Shown here piece by piece: positions 23,961 through 35,460 of a DNA stretch of 64,000 nucleotides (its first letter is position 1; each line of letters begins with the position of its first letter). The position numbers and the translations under genes are program-made. The notes below the pieces were generated by a model that worked only from the letters and a program-made list of their open reading frames with translations, did no database searches and was not told where the DNA came from. Source of the stretch: Podarcis liolepis (taxonomy: Eukaryota); the NCBI GenBank assembly GCA_965112155.1, contig OZ218106.1; one strand, given 5' to 3'.

Positions 23961-26900
23961 GCTTATGCACAGGCGCAAAGACGTAGCTTATGGCCCGTGT
24001 GTATAATCACTGCCTTGATATTTTATAGGAGTTGGCGGTATATAAATACTTTTATAAATAAATAAAAATAAATCATGAGCTTTCTTTTCATCTCCCATCT
24101 AACCTGTATCAGTTCAACAGGAAAGTAAAAGCAAGCCTTTCTGTTTTCAGATATAGCTTCGTTTATCCATCATTTCCCCCCTAATTTCTTCCCTTATTGC
24201 TAGGTGATTTCAAGACACTTAACCCAGTTCCACACACCCCAGCCCTCCACACACACCCCCTCAAGACTTTGCTTACAGCAGGCAGAATGTGCATTTGCCT
24301 GGCAGAATGACATAAATATCCAACCAACCAGCAAATAAACACTGGCACACTCCTAGCTACAATTTCCCCATGCATAGCTTTTGAACAAACAAAGCAAGAG
24401 CTGGCCACAAGACAAAGGAAGAATTTGTTCTATTCAGTGAATTTTCTGCTCTGTAATATGGAAGCTGATAGGAAGCAACCGGCTTTTCACTTCAGCGTCT
24501 TGTTCTTGCCCCCGCCCCCATTATGATTATCATTATTGTTTTACTGGATCCTTGTCCAGCAAAATGTAATGCCTGCTCCCAGGTGCTTCTTTGCTGACTG
24601 TGATTAATGAGCACAACCCCACAGCCAGCAAAAAAATAAAAACAAAAACATTAAAAAGCAGTACACTCTTCTTAGCAGAAAACAGAAACAAAGCAAAACT
24701 TATTCAAATGGGCAAAGGCAAGCTTTGTGATCACAGGAGTTCTCAGCAGGTTCCAAGATCCACCAAAGCTACCGGACATCTGGCACCATATGCAGAGCAA
24801 ACCTGGGTTTGCCAAGCATACACTCAACAGGAAACTTTGGTCAGAGGTGCAAGTCTAGCTACAAAGCTCTCCCTGGTAGAACAGCAGGCATCAGCACCAA
24901 CTTCCCGGCACTGATGGAAGTGTGTAGCAAAACCACCCACAATTTTAGATTTGCCGGGGTGCCCTGATATAGCATTGTGGGAAATTCAATATGGCAATGC
25001 CTCACAGCTGCCCAATGCAAAGCAGAACCAGGGGGACGGGCAGGTGGGCAAATTGACTCTTAATCCAGCATACGCCCCAGCACCCATGGGCTCAAAAGAT
25101 GCTGGATGCCAACACTGAACCTACAGCCCCGGTCTCCAGTGAGCTTACCTCATCTGCATGGCACGTTTTCATTGCAGCGACTTGTTGCATTTGTACTTTA
25201 ATATGCTATGTGCAAACCAGCCACTACTCAAAATCGGAAGCATCTCCACTTAGCACTTCAATTCCCCACAAATATATCTACTGGCTCAGTAATGTTGAGA
25301 GTTCTTCCCTTCAAATGCAACAATCAGACATGGAATTGCACACCCTAAAAATTCCAATTGGGGGTAGTTGTTCTATATTTGGGGTTGTCCCACACTGTTC
25401 AGATTGGCTCCTGACAACTGCAAGATGTCTATGACAAAAATGTCTCTCACCAAACGTAAACAAACTGTGAAAAATACTATGAATTGAAAGAGGAGACAAT
25501 AGATGTACCGTTCCCTGTTTATCAGGCTTGAAAATGAAGGCGGTCTGTGTGCCCTCCAAATACTATGGAGATACATCCTGGGATATTGTCCAAGGTCTGA
25601 TTTCTGCAACCCTGCTTAAGAATGTTTCAAGAACTCCAATCAATACAACAAACAGTGTCAGAGTTATTTAGTTGGCATGTGCAACTTCTACACGAACACA
25701 CCCTTTAATTAAAAAGTTTAAATAATGTTGAAAATCACAGACCTCATGTGTGCTCTTACATTCCCCTTAGGGCAAGGAAGATTTTTTTAAAAGGAAGCAA
25801 GGCACATTATTTTGTTGCTAGGTTATAGAACATCTCACATAAAACATCCAAATGATGCAGCAAGATAAAATCTGGCATGCAACAAACTTGCTCATCTTAA
25901 CATCTATATCTTGGCTTCTTCAACAATAGGGATGATTGATATCTGCTTTTTACTGATAGTGTAACTAACTTCTTGTCATTTGTGCATGGGGTCTGAATAT
26001 GACTGGGGGAAAGGAGATGTGAACCCATTGCCTCCTTTAACTCTTTTCTCATGGGCCTCAACTGTCTCCAGCTGTCTCCCGCCTTCCAAGTGCACTGAAC
26101 ACCCAAGGCACAGAGCCATTTGAAAGGGAGAGGAAGGTGATAGATTGCATTTCTTTGTACTTCTTCCCCACCCAAAAAAGGTGCATAATTGGGATAGGAG
26201 CACCATCAGTGTTTATTGTTCTTGAACCCTCAATGAACTGAAAAGGATTAACTGATAAGAACTGAAATGAGAATGGCACCCAGTCTCAGCCAAAAGGAGT
26301 CCCCCTTATTAGACCACACCCACCCAATATGGCCAGCATTTGAGCACCCCAATGTATGTACACATTTAATAAGAGTCTCCAGCCACAAGGCAGCCAACTA
26401 GGCCAAATGACAAAACAGCATTTTTGACTCCAACAATGTTATACTTTGTGCAGGTTCAACTGTTTCATGCATCAAAGTTCAACCAATAGTATATTAAAAC
26501 AGGTCCTATTTCAAAGCCCAACCCTCGCCTAACTTAAGAAATGTTAAGCTCCATCCTGGGAATTGATGCGCATGTCTGTCATGATTCTTAACTAGGCTGT
26601 CATGACTTTTCAGTGTCAGAGCTGAAATTCCATAGAAAAGCTGTGGCAGAATCTTTTCCTAGCTGTAGTATGACTCCTGGCTGTATTGACCTATATAGTA
26701 TCTGATACGGATGCAGGAAGGGGGAGAGGGTGCTGGGCCATTTGAACCAAAAATGTGGAATTATTTATAGCTTGTTTTCATTATTATGTTCCAAGACGGT
26801 GCAAAATGCATTAGAAATACATCACTTGCTGTTATTCTTTCCACCAAAATCAAACAAATGGCTTTCCTGCACTCACTGACCTCTATGAAGGGGGTCAGGA

Positions 26901-29459
26901 TATTAAAATGTAAATATTGATAATGACAGGGTAATATTTGTAATTGCAAGGATTCAACCCTTTGGTTTGGCAGCAGCTACTCTTTGGAACTCCCTGCCCC
27001 TTTTTATTAGGCAGGCACTCTTGCTTTAATGTTTCTGGCTCCTGCTCAATTTTCTTTCGAGCAAGCCTACCCAGACATGCAATTTTTAACATGCATTTTT
27101 ATTGCATATACTTATTTTAAAACTGCTGGCGTTATTTATATTTTGATGCGAACATGTTTTTCACGTTTGCTTTCATCTGTGTTTTTTAATGTATATTTTA
27201 GATTATTCTGTGTAAACCCCTTGGAGGCTCTTGTCATCAATTAAGCAGTATATAAAATGTGTGTAATAAATTGTAATTAAAGTTCAAAATCTGTACATCT
27301 CATTACTCCAAAAAATCACTTCTGTCTTTGGCAGGGCTGCATTCTGGAATTGTCAAAAGATTCCAACAGGCATCACTACATCGATTTATCTTTTTAAAAA
27401 CAGGAAGACTAAAATGAATGAGAAATTGATTTTTAAAATATAATAAAAATTGATACACAGAACAGCGTCCATGGTGGTAGAGTGGAAGTGAGCTTAAATC
27501 TCTTTCACCACTGTAAATTGTTAATTTATATCCACCCAGATAATTTGTTTAATTTAATGCCATAACACCTGGAAAGGCTGCTCATAGCTTTGGTCAAAAT
27601 GAACACCAGCTTTGCATGGCAGGAGTTCTCATGTTGAAACCACCAGTACATCTCTAGGTTAAAAGATCTCTGGTTTCAAGGCTCAGAACAGATCTTTGCC
27701 TGAGATTTCAGTGGGTCATTTGCAGCTGCACCAGACCCTAATAAGCCCAGTGGAACAATGGCCTAAGTCAGCTAGCTTCCCCCAACCTGGTGCCCTCCAA
27801 ATGTTTTGGACCACCAGATCCCATTATCCCTGACCACTGGTCACGCTGGCTTGCCTGAGGCTGATAGGACTTGAATTCCAAAGCCTCTGGAGAGCATTGG
27901 GTAGTCTAAGCCAAATTATATGTACTACAGTAAAAATCCCAAGGCAAGATGAATTTTATGGTGGTACCCTGAGTAAATGCTGATATTGTGGCTTCTAAGT
28001 TTGTCCACAACTGTTCTCTGCCATCTACCTTTGACTATTAGGCCTCCAGTTAACGAGGCATTTCCAAACCTAAAATTCTAGTTACTCCTGCCTGTTTGTT
28101 TGTTTCAAACCCTGCCCCCCCTCCACCAGAGCACTTGCAAATTGCTGGCAGTCTCAGTTGACCACTTAATAAAAAAACCTATTCTACAAATCAAAGCTTA
28201 TTAAAATAGAAGGCTTTCTTTAGCACCGGCATCATTTTGAAAATCAGTGCCACATTATGAAAATCACAGGCTGTTGGATAGGCTTTAAAGACAGGTGCTT
28301 TTAACTGATCCTTTTTTGGGTGGGGGGAGGATTAGTAGACTGCTCCTGTGCCATATTATGAAATCACAGGCCTTCGACTAGGGTCTTGATAGCCTGCTTA
28401 GCAATCTGGTCCCGGACAAAACAGCTTTGATCTCCATCGTGAGGTGGAGAAATACAACCATGGATATTTTTGACTGTTCAGCGAACTTTGGTGGGAACCA
28501 TTTGAATGGAGCTAGCAAACCACCAGTGGTCTAAGGACCAGAACCTCTGGTTTAAGAAGTGTCCATGTAGGAGAGGTTTTCATTTGCTTGTTGGTTAACT
28601 TTGGCACATCAGTGCATTTGGATGTAGGTAAGAACAAGGACTGCCTTGTTTATTCAGTGTTAAGTATTAACAGGGCCCACACCATTTCATCCACAACAGG
28701 ATTTTATCTTGCAAGAAGTATGTACATGAGTGGTCTTATGCTAACAAAGGTTCTGCATTTGATAAAAGAAACTCACTGAAGTTTGGTTATCTTAAAAAAA
28801 AACATGTGTTCCAGGCTGTTGTTTTTAAAAGGCCACATTTCGAAACAAAGTATTACTGTCTATGCACCAAAAATTCAGCCATTGCAAGATGTCTATGTAA
28901 AATATAGGTGAAAGTATTTTCTTTTACACAGATGACTACCAGATTTGTCATAAATAAAGGCTTTTTGATAAGCAAATGAAACCATCCTCTTTGAGATCCA
29001 TTCTTTGGTGTGTATTTTTCCTCCAGTTTCTTATATAGCATAGAAATGTAAATTTTGTTATCTCTAGATGTAGAGAGAGAGAAAGCTGCTGAAAGTTTAT
29101 TAGAGTGCATTGCCCGGATTTTAAGCAAACCATATCTTATACACACAGTAATGAGTTTTGTTTTAACTGCTTTTGGCAATTCAATTTCAGTGTCCAGTAA
29201 AGCAATTACCAGCTATTCCAACAGAATGAGAAAGCATAACATGACACAGTAAGTATCTTTGTCATTATGTTTTAGAAAGGCTTGCTCTTAAAACCAGGTG
29301 ATCGAAAACAAGTGTGGCTGCATATTTGAGGATACAACTGAATATCCTGACTGCTACATATCTGAGGATAGGACCGAGGGCAGGAGCAGCTATAATGTTT
29401 TGCATTGCACTCATGCACTCATCTCACTCAGTAGCTTATAAAGTTGCCCCAAACTGAAA

Positions 29460-29860
29460 TCTCATGTGTGTTAACACCAAAACACTTCATTAATAAATCA
29501 GTTTAATTGCTTCAAAATGCAACTGACAAAAGGTGCCCCCAATTAATCAGTAACATATTTTACAGTAATAATAATACTTATTTTAGAATAAGTACTTACA
29601 CTAACAACTGAAAATCATAAGTGCTATATTAGCATTTCCTCTTGTGTGAGAGTGAAAGGGGGGGGGGAGCCCGTAAGGACGCATGCATGCATCATCTTAA
29701 AAATACAGAGAACCTGTTTCTCACTACAAAACCGCTGTTTTCAGCAATATGCTAATTTATGCAAATATATTTATTAACACACTGGTTGATTGATCAGCTA
29801 AAACTTGTATGAGTAATTGACAGATTTCTTTAATCATATGGCAGCCCCCTGTGTTGTTTT
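29460..29860. promoter_or_regulatory. Candidate conserved developmental enhancer with POU, Pbx/Hox, Meis and E-box sites
   Basis: ATGCTAAT 29749-29756, ATGCAAAT 29759-29766, TGATTGAT 29787-29794, TAATTGACAG ending 29823, CATATG 29835-29840. AT-rich unique sequence. Confidence 0.5.
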
Positions 29861-31381
29861 TTATGCAACTTTTCATAGTTGGGATTGTTGGATTTGAAAC
29901 TTTTATGGGGAGGGGAATGTTTTTAGCTCTCATGGTTGCAGAGGAGGGTTTGACAATACCTTGGCATTAGGTGTCCAAAGCTCAGAAAATGGGGCAAAAG
30001 AAAGGGGGAAAGCACCGGCTGTCATCACTGCTCTAAAGAAGTCCATGCATTCTGCTGCCTTGCCATACAAGAGGTGGCAGAAAGAGTGTGCAGAGGGAGG
30101 AATGGCTGTATGTGGCACATGGAAAGAGCTGCAAAAACTTGAGGGCAATGTGCACAGCTGCAGAGGACTCCATGGCACTGACCTGAGTCATCAGGTCACC
30201 TTAGTCACTGCAATTACTGTAGGTAGGATGCCACTTTAGTGCTTGTGGTCACAACACCTAAACCTAAATAATACTGCTAGCTCAGTATTCCTGCTACTTG
30301 TTCTTGACAGCACTTGCAAGGCTTACAGTGCCCATGCCAGAAGAGCAAGCATAAATCAGAAATATAGGAGAGCCTCACAGTATCTTAGCAGATAGTTACA
30401 GATACAGTGGTGTTTGGGCAAAGGGGTTGGACAGTGAAACTAAAACATGTACCAAAAGGAACTGTAAATTGGAAGAGGAAGAACACCCATTATTAGATTA
30501 GTTATCCTAAACCATTTACAAACACTGCAACTATCTATCACTTCAATTATGTTTGTAAACAAGACTGGAAGCAAGATACCCATAATTATAACCGAAATGT
30601 TTTTTGTTTTTGGTATTTTTATTTTTTTAACATTAGCCAAGCAACTGTGTGCATTTAGCTTTGTGAAATGCAATAAGCAACCTGGCAATTTATTATTTTC
30701 TGTAAATTGAAGGCAGATTAATCAATCTAGCTACTTTCTTTTGTCACCGATTGCATTTTTAACCCAGAATCTCTGTTTATTTTGATAACACAAAATGATA
30801 CAAGGCCCTGAATTAATTTCTGTCTGCTCACTTGTAATATCCAATCTTCGACAATAGACAGGTTAAGGGAAGAAAAGCACAGCTAAAATCTTAAAGAATG
30901 CCTCTGATTCCTGATTGTTAGTTTATTTTTATATATTTATACACTGGTTTTCTATTCACTTCCATTCATATTTATTTGCGATTTCTGTTCAAAGTGGTCA
31001 ACCACTACATCAGAAAAGTATATGGATCCTTTATCAAATCAGTAAGAATCATAATTTTAAAATGTAGAAAACTAGCACAACAACACGTTTGTAAGTAACA
31101 CCAATATATTGGCTAAAAGATCCAGTTCCTTAGTCATCAGAAGTCCAAAGGCCAATTGAAACAGATGGGTCTTAAACACCTGCTAAATACCAGAAGACCC
31201 TGGTGGCTACTCCCAGGAAGAGTGTACAAAAACACAGATATTGTTACAGAAGGTGCTCTTATCTCCTTTGCAAGCAATAAAATAAAATAAAATGCTAGAA
31301 TCATAATAGCTAGTATCGCAGGAAAGGCAACAATCCTGAACCAGATGTACTTAGAAACAAATCTTAAAATCAATGCCTTAC

Positions 31382-31426
31382 CTCTGAGTAAACATCGCTA
31401 AGGCCAGGTTGCAAACAGACGCTTGC
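31382..31426 (-). other. Candidate 45-nt exon
   Basis: Acceptor gttgacactgtcttcag|GCA and donor GAG|gtaagg. Phase-0 reading ASVCLQPGLSDVYSE. No recognised homology. Confidence 0.2.
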
Positions 31427-32044
31427 CTGAAGACAGTGTCAACACTTTTAAATATTCTGACAGTGTATGAAACTGCAGCGATCACTCTGCTTCCTGTGCC
31501 CTTCAGTACCAGTTCCCCTAATCTACACTGTCCCATCCCACACAGATTTTAATACACTCGACATTTCTCAAAACAGGGGTGGGTAACCAATTACTATCCA
31601 GTTGTTGCTGGACTACAATTCCCATCGTCCCTAACAAATAGCATGCTGGCTGGGCTGATGGGAGTTGTAGTTCAATTGGCATGGGAAGGGTAATAAGTTT
31701 CACACCCTTGCTTTACACCCCATGTGCATACTGTATCTGCCAACTGCATATGATGAAGTAGGCGATAGTCTACAGAAACCAACACCACAAGATACAACAA
31801 CACCATTCCTCCTGGTACTTGTAGACTTCTGATTTCACCCCACTGCATTTGGGCTAAAGGAGCTGCACGGTGAGAGGCACATTAGCTTCTGCTAAGCTCA
31901 ATTTTTTGGTGCATTTAAAGCTGTTAACACCGTATTTGCATTAGGAACATGAAAGCCCTTTAGAACTTGAATGGAGAACCTCAGGCCTGGAGCCTGAATG
32001 CAGCCCTCCAGGCCACTCTGTCTGGTCCTTTGGATTCTTTTCAG

Positions 32045-32345
32045 ATCATAGAATTGTAGAGTTGAAAGGTACCCTGAGGATCTAGTCCAGGGATACCCAA
32101 ACTTTTTTCAAAGATGGCCAGATTTGATGAAGTGAACATGCGTGAGGAACGACCAAAGTTCATGAGCTTTTTTTAAGGCTTTACCCCAGGACATATACTG
32201 CCGGATTAGGCCCCCGGAACGCACTTTGGACATGCCTGATCTACTCCAATCCCCTGCAGGAATATGCAGCTTTTCCTAAGTGGGGATTGAACCTGCAACC
32301 TAGGCGTTATCAGCACCACACTCTAACCAACTGAGCTATCCAGGC
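32045..32345 (-). mobile_element. tRNA-Ile-derived SINE with CR1-like 3' tail, split by a MITE
   Basis: Minus-strand head GCCTGGATAGCTCAGTTGGTTAGAGTGTGGTGCTGATAACGCCTAGGTTGCAGGTTCAATCCCC. Tail GACTAGAT...CCTTTCAACTCTACAATTCTATGAT. Confidence 0.8.
32088..32238. mobile_element. hAT-type MITE inserted into the SINE tail
   Basis: TIRs CAGGGATACCCAAA / TTTGGACATGCCTG. TSD ATCTAGTC (32080-32087) / ATCTACTC (32239-32246). Confidence 0.8.
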
Positions 32346-33485
32346 TCTCTTCCCTTTCCCTGGCTCTGCTCCACACCCTTCTCAAGTGGAAAATGTCCTT
32401 GTACAATGAAACTGTTGTTTGCTTGCCTGGATGGAGGATGGAGAGGCTTTGAGCCCTCTGACTTTTGAAGAGTCACATCCACTACTCCACTCACTTTTGC
32501 CTCTGGCCCTGCCCAACCTTTGCAAACACTGGAAGGTTGTGCAGAAGTGTATGGAGCCCTCTGATTGAAAAAGTTCCCCTGTACCTGTATTGGAAGAAGC
32601 TAGAGAGACAACAATGCTGGGCGAGGCAATTAAGTTAACTAGATGGGGATTTTTTTGTAGATACATAATTATTACAAGCTAACATCCATATGGTGTAGCA
32701 AATTTTGTCGAGTATCTTGCAGAATTTTTTTTTTGGGGGGTGCATGTGTGAAAAAATTAATAAAATAGTTACAGGATAGAATTTTAGCATTGTACCCACA
32801 GTTTCCATCCCAGCAAAATTATGATACTGCAGATAATATCTTTTAATAAAATGGCCTCTGCAAAAGACAGGCCATGACTGGGGAATGCAAGGAAAATGTT
32901 TTCATTAAAATGATAATGGAACTGTGAAGTTTAGCACCACACATTTTCCCACTGAAGTAGAAAGGCAAAAGCCTTGGTGCAGCTCCTTTCACAACAACCT
33001 CTGAGAAACAGGGCAATTATCAGAAAATGAACTGAACTGAACTTAGAAGCACAAAACAAAACCCAATTGTGCAAAGGGATGAGACCTGCTGCTTTTCTTT
33101 GTAGCAATGTAATGATATGACAATTTGGTGCTCTTGGTACCACAAGCTTTATACACTACTGTGGTCTGCTTTGAACTCTGGGAAAACAACAAAGGCCCAA
33201 AACTTAGGCTCCAGCAGTATCATGCCACTTTAAACAGTCATGGCTTCTGCCAAAGAATCCTGGGAACTGTAGTTTATTAAGGGTGCTGAGAGTTCCTGGG
33301 AGACCCCATTCCCCTTACAGAGATACAATTCCCAGAGTGGTTTAACAACCAATCCCTCATCACAAGAAATTGTAGCTCTTTGAGGAGAATAAGGGGGCAA
33401 ATGATATTTGAGAGAGGAGGAAGAGAAAATGCTCTTGTCGTTTTCCCACAGGCTTCCCTTCTAGTGAGTATACTTGTGTTTAGAG

Positions 33486-33624
33486 CAGGTGTTGTGAGCC
33501 TTTGGCCTTCCAGATGTTGCTGAACTACAGCTTCCATCATCCACAGCCATTGGCCATTCTTGCTGGGACTGATGGGAGTTGCAGTTCGGCAACTTCCAGA
33601 GGGCCAAAAGTGTCCCCACATCTA
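33486..33624. mobile_element. Palindromic hAT-type MITE
   Basis: TTTGGCCTTCCAGATGTTGCTGAACTACAGCTTCCATC...GATGGGAGTTGCAGTTCGGCAACTTCCAGAGGGCCAAA forms a long inverted repeat. Confidence 0.75.
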
Positions 33625-33631
33625 GTTTAGG

Positions 33632-33931
33632 CACGGCCGGATTTAGGTTTGACGAGGCCCTAAACTACTGGCAGTGATGGGGCACTTTATATGTCCAGCT
33701 GTCCTTTGTCAACAACAAATTGTCGCTGGTTTTTGTGTTAAATATATGCTGTGGTAATTTATGGATCTAATAGGTATCTAAAGCCATTTGCCACTGTTGC
33801 TGTATGTAGGTTTTATTTTATTTTAATTTTTATCTTATATTTTTGAAATTTACATCCAGTTGTTTTCTTCCTTTAATTCCTTGGGGCCCTAAAGCTATAG
33901 CTTGTTTAGCTTGTATGTAAATTCAGCACTG
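33632..33931. mobile_element. hAT-type MITE
   Basis: Imperfect TIRs CACGGCCGGATTTA / TAAATTCAGCACTG. Perfect 8-bp TSD AGTTTAGG at 33624-33631 and 33932-33939. Confidence 0.85.
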
Positions 33932-35239
33932 AGTTTAGGGGAAATGTAATGTGGCAAACAGCCATTGGGGGGTTCAGATGTCAGGTGCTAGACCCTGGCT
34001 CCAGGTTTTGGGAGACCTTTGGGCAAGATGCTTTAGGTGCCCCCACCCCCAGTGGGTCCTCCTAATCCCACCTGATATCACCACCCATTCATTTACTCTC
34101 TCCACTAGGGCCTCCTTTCACACCATTGCCCCCAAGGACAGAACACAAGACAAGGCACCTTCTCCTTCCTCCTGTTCCTGAATGCCTGCTCAGAGAGGGC
34201 AGATGAACAAGCAGCAACAGGAAGGACAAGATGCCTCCTTACTCCCTCAGCGGCATCAACAGGGGCTACAGAAATCAGGGACTTGTGTGATGCTACTTCT
34301 TCCTATCAGTATTCATAGCAAGGTCACAACTCAGACACTGGGAATCCCTGAGCCTTGTCCATTTATAGGCCTATTATCACCACCAATAAGACATTCAGAA
34401 TTGTCAGTTTCAACCCCCTGCCGATATCTAAGCTTGCCTAGGGCTGCATGCAGATAGGCAGAACTGGAAAGTCCTCCATTTATTTTACTTGCAGTTTTAT
34501 GAATGCACACTAACTAAAAAATCTTGCAGCTGACTGATTTTGCAATATGCAAGTGTTGTGACAAGCGTACCACACCCAGACAAGCCAGCCAGGCAAGAAA
34601 GCTGGGATTAAGATAATTTGTGCCATACGGGTTGTGCTGCCCACTCTCTGGCACAATTCAACAGTTTACTGGGAGAGCCACAGTTGAAGTTGGAAGGTAT
34701 GAACCATTCAAAATACTGTCTCTACTTGGGGGGGGGGGTGCGATTTGCAACCATTATTCCGGATGTGCTTGACATGATTGCATCTGTATTTGTCTTTATG
34801 GGGCATTTCAGGTTTTCTTCCTAAATCTAGTCTCTAATTTTCAAACACCCATCTTGACTACAACTTCCATCATCCCTGACCAATGTGTGACTGGGGCTGA
34901 TGGAAGTTGCAGTCCAAAACATCTATAGGACACCAGGTTGCGGGAAGCAGATACACTAGCTACAAACAAACCATCACAGAGTAATGTATAAAACATTATT
35001 AAAAAATTACTACATATAGAATCTTAATAGTGCCGTCCACTACAATTTGGGTAGCAGTATTTTTAGGGAGACCAGAATATTTAGGATCTGCTCCACCTAG
35101 TGAGATTCAGGCAATGCCAGGCTATGTTTTTCAGACAATTCTCTCACAGCTTAGCAAAATCTCAGCTGGCACTGTCACTGGATATAATTTAATAAGGATC
35201 CTTTGTCTCTGCCTGCAGTCTCCGGGTATATAGCACACT

Positions 35240-35460
35240 TTGCTGTGATAATTGGTTTGGCTGTCCATTCCACCCATCAGGTGATAGAAAACTATCAATC
35301 AGGCTAAATGCAATGTGAGAGAAGTCTCTTTAGCCAATTAGCTGGTAATGAGAACATTAGCCACAATATCTTCAGCAGAGGGCACCTTAGCAATTGTTCT
35401 ATCTAGGTGATTAATAGTGATCATATGATACTACAGGAATTTTATGCTGTTATATTAAAA
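35240..35460. promoter_or_regulatory. Candidate regulatory block with CTCF-like and Pbx motifs
   Basis: TCAGCAGAGGGCACC 35372-35386 is close to the CTCF core CCASYAGRKGGCRS. ATCAATCA 35294-35301. Several TAAT/ATTA cores. Confidence 0.35.

Noticed and set aside
25508-25612. Minus-strand exon candidate (LQKSDLGQYPRMYLHSIWRAHRPP...)
   Set aside because: Weak acceptor, weak donor (GTACAT) and no recognisable homology.
7671-28319. Perfect CArG boxes at 7671, 22141, 22921 and 28310
   Set aside because: A handful of CC(A/T)6GG matches is expected by chance in 64 kb, and they are not clustered.
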